DNA of 64,000 nt from Curvularia clavata (taxonomy: Eukaryota). Under the pieces are notes generated by a model, which ran no database searches, was not told the DNA's origin, and saw only the letters and a list, made by a program, of their open reading frames with translations. Shown one piece after another: positions 61,185 to 64,000 of this stretch (positions are counted from its first letter, which is position 1; each line of letters begins with the position of its first letter). The DNA lies in NCBI GenBank assembly GCA_023920165.1, contig CP089277.1, positions 1,488,001-1,552,000 of the forward strand. Reading direction: 5' to 3'. The translations under genes were made by a program, and so were the position numbers.

Positions 61185-61648
61185 GATATGCGGCCGAGGG
61201 GAGTGAAGGTAGGGGAGAGGTGGTGAGGAGGTGGTGAATTGGTCTTGTAGACATGGTGGGGTGGTCAAATTTTGGCAGGGATAGCATTCAGGTACAACTG
61301 CGGTATTCGGAGGAGCCCCGCTATTGCATCCATAGTACCTAGAGGAACCGCAAGCATCCCCAGCTTGCTCTGTACACTCATTGTCTCACTGAACGCGTAT
61401 AATCACTGTGGCCCATGTAGAGAAACCATGACATAATAGTCTTCGGTCCGGAACAAGATGCCGACCGCAAAAAGGTAAGGCGTGCACCCCTCACGTACCC
61501 GTGCCGGCGGTTTGGAGCATCCTAGCTCAGCTGTCGCAAGCTGCGCTGCCGTGTTCAGCTCCTCACTCACGGTACTCAGCACATCACACAATTCCTCATC
61601 TCCAGTAGTATCGCGAGCAGACACTTTGTGTCTATTGTCTACATCACA

Positions 61649-62743
61649 ATGGAAGATTACCAGCCACAGAAACCGAACATTCTCCAATCCCCGCCCCTCG
61701 ACGTAACTGTCCCGTACGATGCCGCCTGGGTCAAGGGCAAGGTCATTCTCATAACCGGCGGAGCAAGCGGATTTGGCGCAGGTTTTGTTGAGAAATGGGT
61801 ATCCAACGGTGCCACTGTCATCGTCGGTGATATCAACGTGCAGAAAGGCGACGCCCTATGTCGCAGCATCAGCTCTCAACATAGCGGCAATGGCAAGGCA
61901 CACTTCGTACAGTGCGACGTCACGGACTGGCAATCGCAGGTCAATCTGTTCAAGGAGGCCGTTAAGCTGAGTCCTCACGGCGGCCTGGACTGCGTCGTAG
62001 CCAATGCGGGTATCGCTGGCCGCGACATACTTCAAGAAGGGTCCAACCTCGATGCGGCTGAACCGCCCCAGCCTAAGTTTAACATCATGGACGTGAATTT
62101 GACGGGTGTGCTATACACTACCCATCTTGCTTGCTTTTGGCTGCCCAAGAACCCCGGTTCATCGCCTTGCAGCATCGATTCGAAGCCCTCTGCAGACTCG
62201 CCGCGCGACCGCCATCTGCTCCTGCTAGGATCTGTCGCGTCTCTTGCTCCGATTGCTATCCAACCACAGTACTGCGCAGCAAAGCATGCTGTGCTCGGGT
62301 TGTTCAGGAGTCTCAGGGTTTCCAGCGGTGTGCAAGGCATACGTGTCAACTTACTATGTCCTTACTTCATCGATACTCCTATTGTAACGGCAGGTGCACG
62401 CTTCATTCTCGCCGGAGGAGCTTTGGGGAAAGTCGAGGATGTCGTGGATGCAGGCACGCGCTTTGTGGCCGACTCTCGCATTTTGGGACGAGCGCTGTGC
62501 ATAGGACCCAAGGTGCATGTCCGCCAGAAGCCCAATGGGGAGTGGGAGTTGGTCGCGCCAGGAGCACCGGATAGCATCGAAACGGGTATATTCGAGCCGT
62601 GTGTCGACGACTGGGAGGACCAGGATCAATGGAACCGCAACTTTGTGAAGATTCTGAACTTGGTCCAGGCCGGCAGAGGCTGGGTGGGATGGGGAATGGA
62701 TATTGCCAAAGCGACACTCTACACGCTCGGCTTCAGACGCTGA
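61649..62743 (+). CDS. Short-chain dehydrogenase/reductase
   Basis: TGGASGFG, CDVTDW, NAG, catalytic YCAAK, GIRVN. Confidence 0.93.
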   Translation: MEDYQPQKPNILQSPPLDVTVPYDAAWVKGKVILITGGASGFGAGFVEKWVSNGATVIVGDINVQKGDALCRSISSQHSGNGKAHFVQCDVTDWQSQVNLFKEAVKLSPHGGLDCVVANAGIAGRDILQEGSNLDAAEPPQPKFNIMDVNLTGVLYTTHLACFWLPKNPGSSPCSIDSKPSADSPRDRHLLLLGSVASLAPIAIQPQYCAAKHAVLGLFRSLRVSSGVQGIRVNLLCPYFIDTPIVTAGARFILAGGALGKVEDVVDAGTRFVADSRILGRALCIGPKVHVRQKPNGEWELVAPGAPDSIETGIFEPCVDDWEDQDQWNRNFVKILNLVQAGRGWVGWGMDIAKATLYTLGFRR

Positions 62744-63471
62744 TTACCATTGAGGTGGATAGTTTTGTGATTCGGTACAACCGAATGTGCCATAGTGGGT
62801 TTGCATCTAGCGTCGATGGCATGGCCATGAGATGCTTGGGAAAATCATGGCCCACCTCTTTAGCATACACATGTTCCAGACTCTGGCTCCAAAAATGCCC
62901 ACCATATCAGCAGGTGACAAGCTACAAGCCAACCCGTGCGACTGATGGCTCGATGTTCTACAATCTGACAACCCGCAATCAATTCACCTAAGTCAACCTC
63001 CATTCAGCATACCGTGGGGATTCCGGTGTCGCCAGCCCTGTCGTCTAATCGTACAGATCTTCTCTCGGCTAAAACCGAAAACGCCCAGGCACAGGTTGGA
63101 TTTCTCTGCCGACCAATCCGCCGAAACAAGTTAGTTCCCGCGACGTGCCTGCCGCCCATCTGTGCCTGTGATGTCATGCCGCTGCACTTGTCCTCCCTTT
63201 TGGTGGTTCGACAATTCTCGCGCCTCTAGCCCTCCGAAAAACGCCCTTTTGGGCGTGCTGGTCATTCTCATTCGGTCGATTATCATTTTATTCGAAGAAT
63301 TGTCGTCATCCGCCGACTGTAAGTGGGCCCAACCAAGCACTCTAGCCTGAGCTCCGACTCTTTACTGCGTTGTCACCACCATCATCGCTCCGTCACTACA
63401 CTGCCGACACCCGAACGCGTTATTGAGCTTCACACCACGCGACCCACCGGGTCAGTCAACCTATCCACACC

Positions 63472-64000
63472 ATGACCATGGCGGACACTGCTCCTATGGG
63501 CAAAGACGAAAGCGGCGTTGCGCCTATTGGCATGGTCATTGAAGAGCCGTCCTTCCCTGATATCCCTGGCCAAGGACCTAAGACAAGATCCGACACGACA
63601 TCTTCCGTTGACAACATTGCAGCCGCAAACATGGCGCAACAAGAAAGCATTTCGCGACAAGATCATGCAGAAGACGGGAAGTGTGGGCCCTCGGACACTA
63701 CGCCCGTCAACCAAGATTACTTTACCAAGTCGCGTCCAGCCCAGCAACAACGATGGGCGACTGAGCGACCGAAACCCTCTGTGAGGCACTCGCTGCTAGC
63801 AGGAACACGGCAACCGCAACAGAAGAGGCCGGCGCAGCCTGAAAGACAGGCGACCATAACCTTTGATGCCGATACCGATTCCTCGGACTCCTCGGACGAG
63901 GAGACATTGTACTCACGCACAAAGAGTCTCGGTCATGCCGATGAACTCACAGCCCAGACGACCCAGAAATCGCGTGAAAGAAGATCACGCCCCTTCTCGC
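63472..64000 (+). CDS. 5' portion of an unidentified protein, truncated by the window end
   Basis: Frame open for 176 codons from ATG 63472 to the edge (MTMADTAPMGKDESGVAPIGMVIEEP...); disordered and acidic, no domain visible yet. Confidence 0.7.
   Translation, partial: MTMADTAPMGKDESGVAPIGMVIEEPSFPDIPGQGPKTRSDTTSSVDNIAAANMAQQESISRQDHAEDGKCGPSDTTPVNQDYFTKSRPAQQQRWATERPKPSVRHSLLAGTRQPQQKRPAQPERQATITFDADTDSSDSSDEETLYSRTKSLGHADELTAQTTQKSRERRSRPFS

Noticed and set aside
1..64000. CRISPR arrays, rRNA genes, intact transposons, complete tRNAs
   Set aside because: None recognised by eye; this is eukaryotic sequence with no repeat-spacer array or transposase/RT ORF.

Overview
Gene-dense eukaryotic DNA from a filamentous ascomycete (short GT-AG introns with CTRAY branch points; Pleosporales/Dothideomycete affinity is my inference). 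About 26 protein-coding genes were reconstructed by hand-splicing. They include a three-gene biotin cluster (bioB, bioF with PTS1, fused bioDA), an MFS exporter next to a Zn2Cys6 regulator, a secreted PL26-like rhamnogalacturonan lyase, TOP3, STB3, a PLD-family enzyme, RRP4, a wetA-like regulator, TMEM234, a PhyH dioxygenase, a stand-alone highly reducing PKS, SER2 and an SDR. The least explained features are: a nested inverted-repeat locus at about 42190-42610 carrying a canonical tRNA T-arm/B-box and oligo-T runs (candidate ncRNA); a HET-to-post-NACHT fusion relic of an NLR-like gene; an RGG insertion inside TOP3; an orphan PKS with a degenerate ER motif; and a three-exon LURP-one-like gene with a long intronic microsatellite that the ORF track only partly shows. 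Family assignments come from motif recognition; no database search or folding was run.
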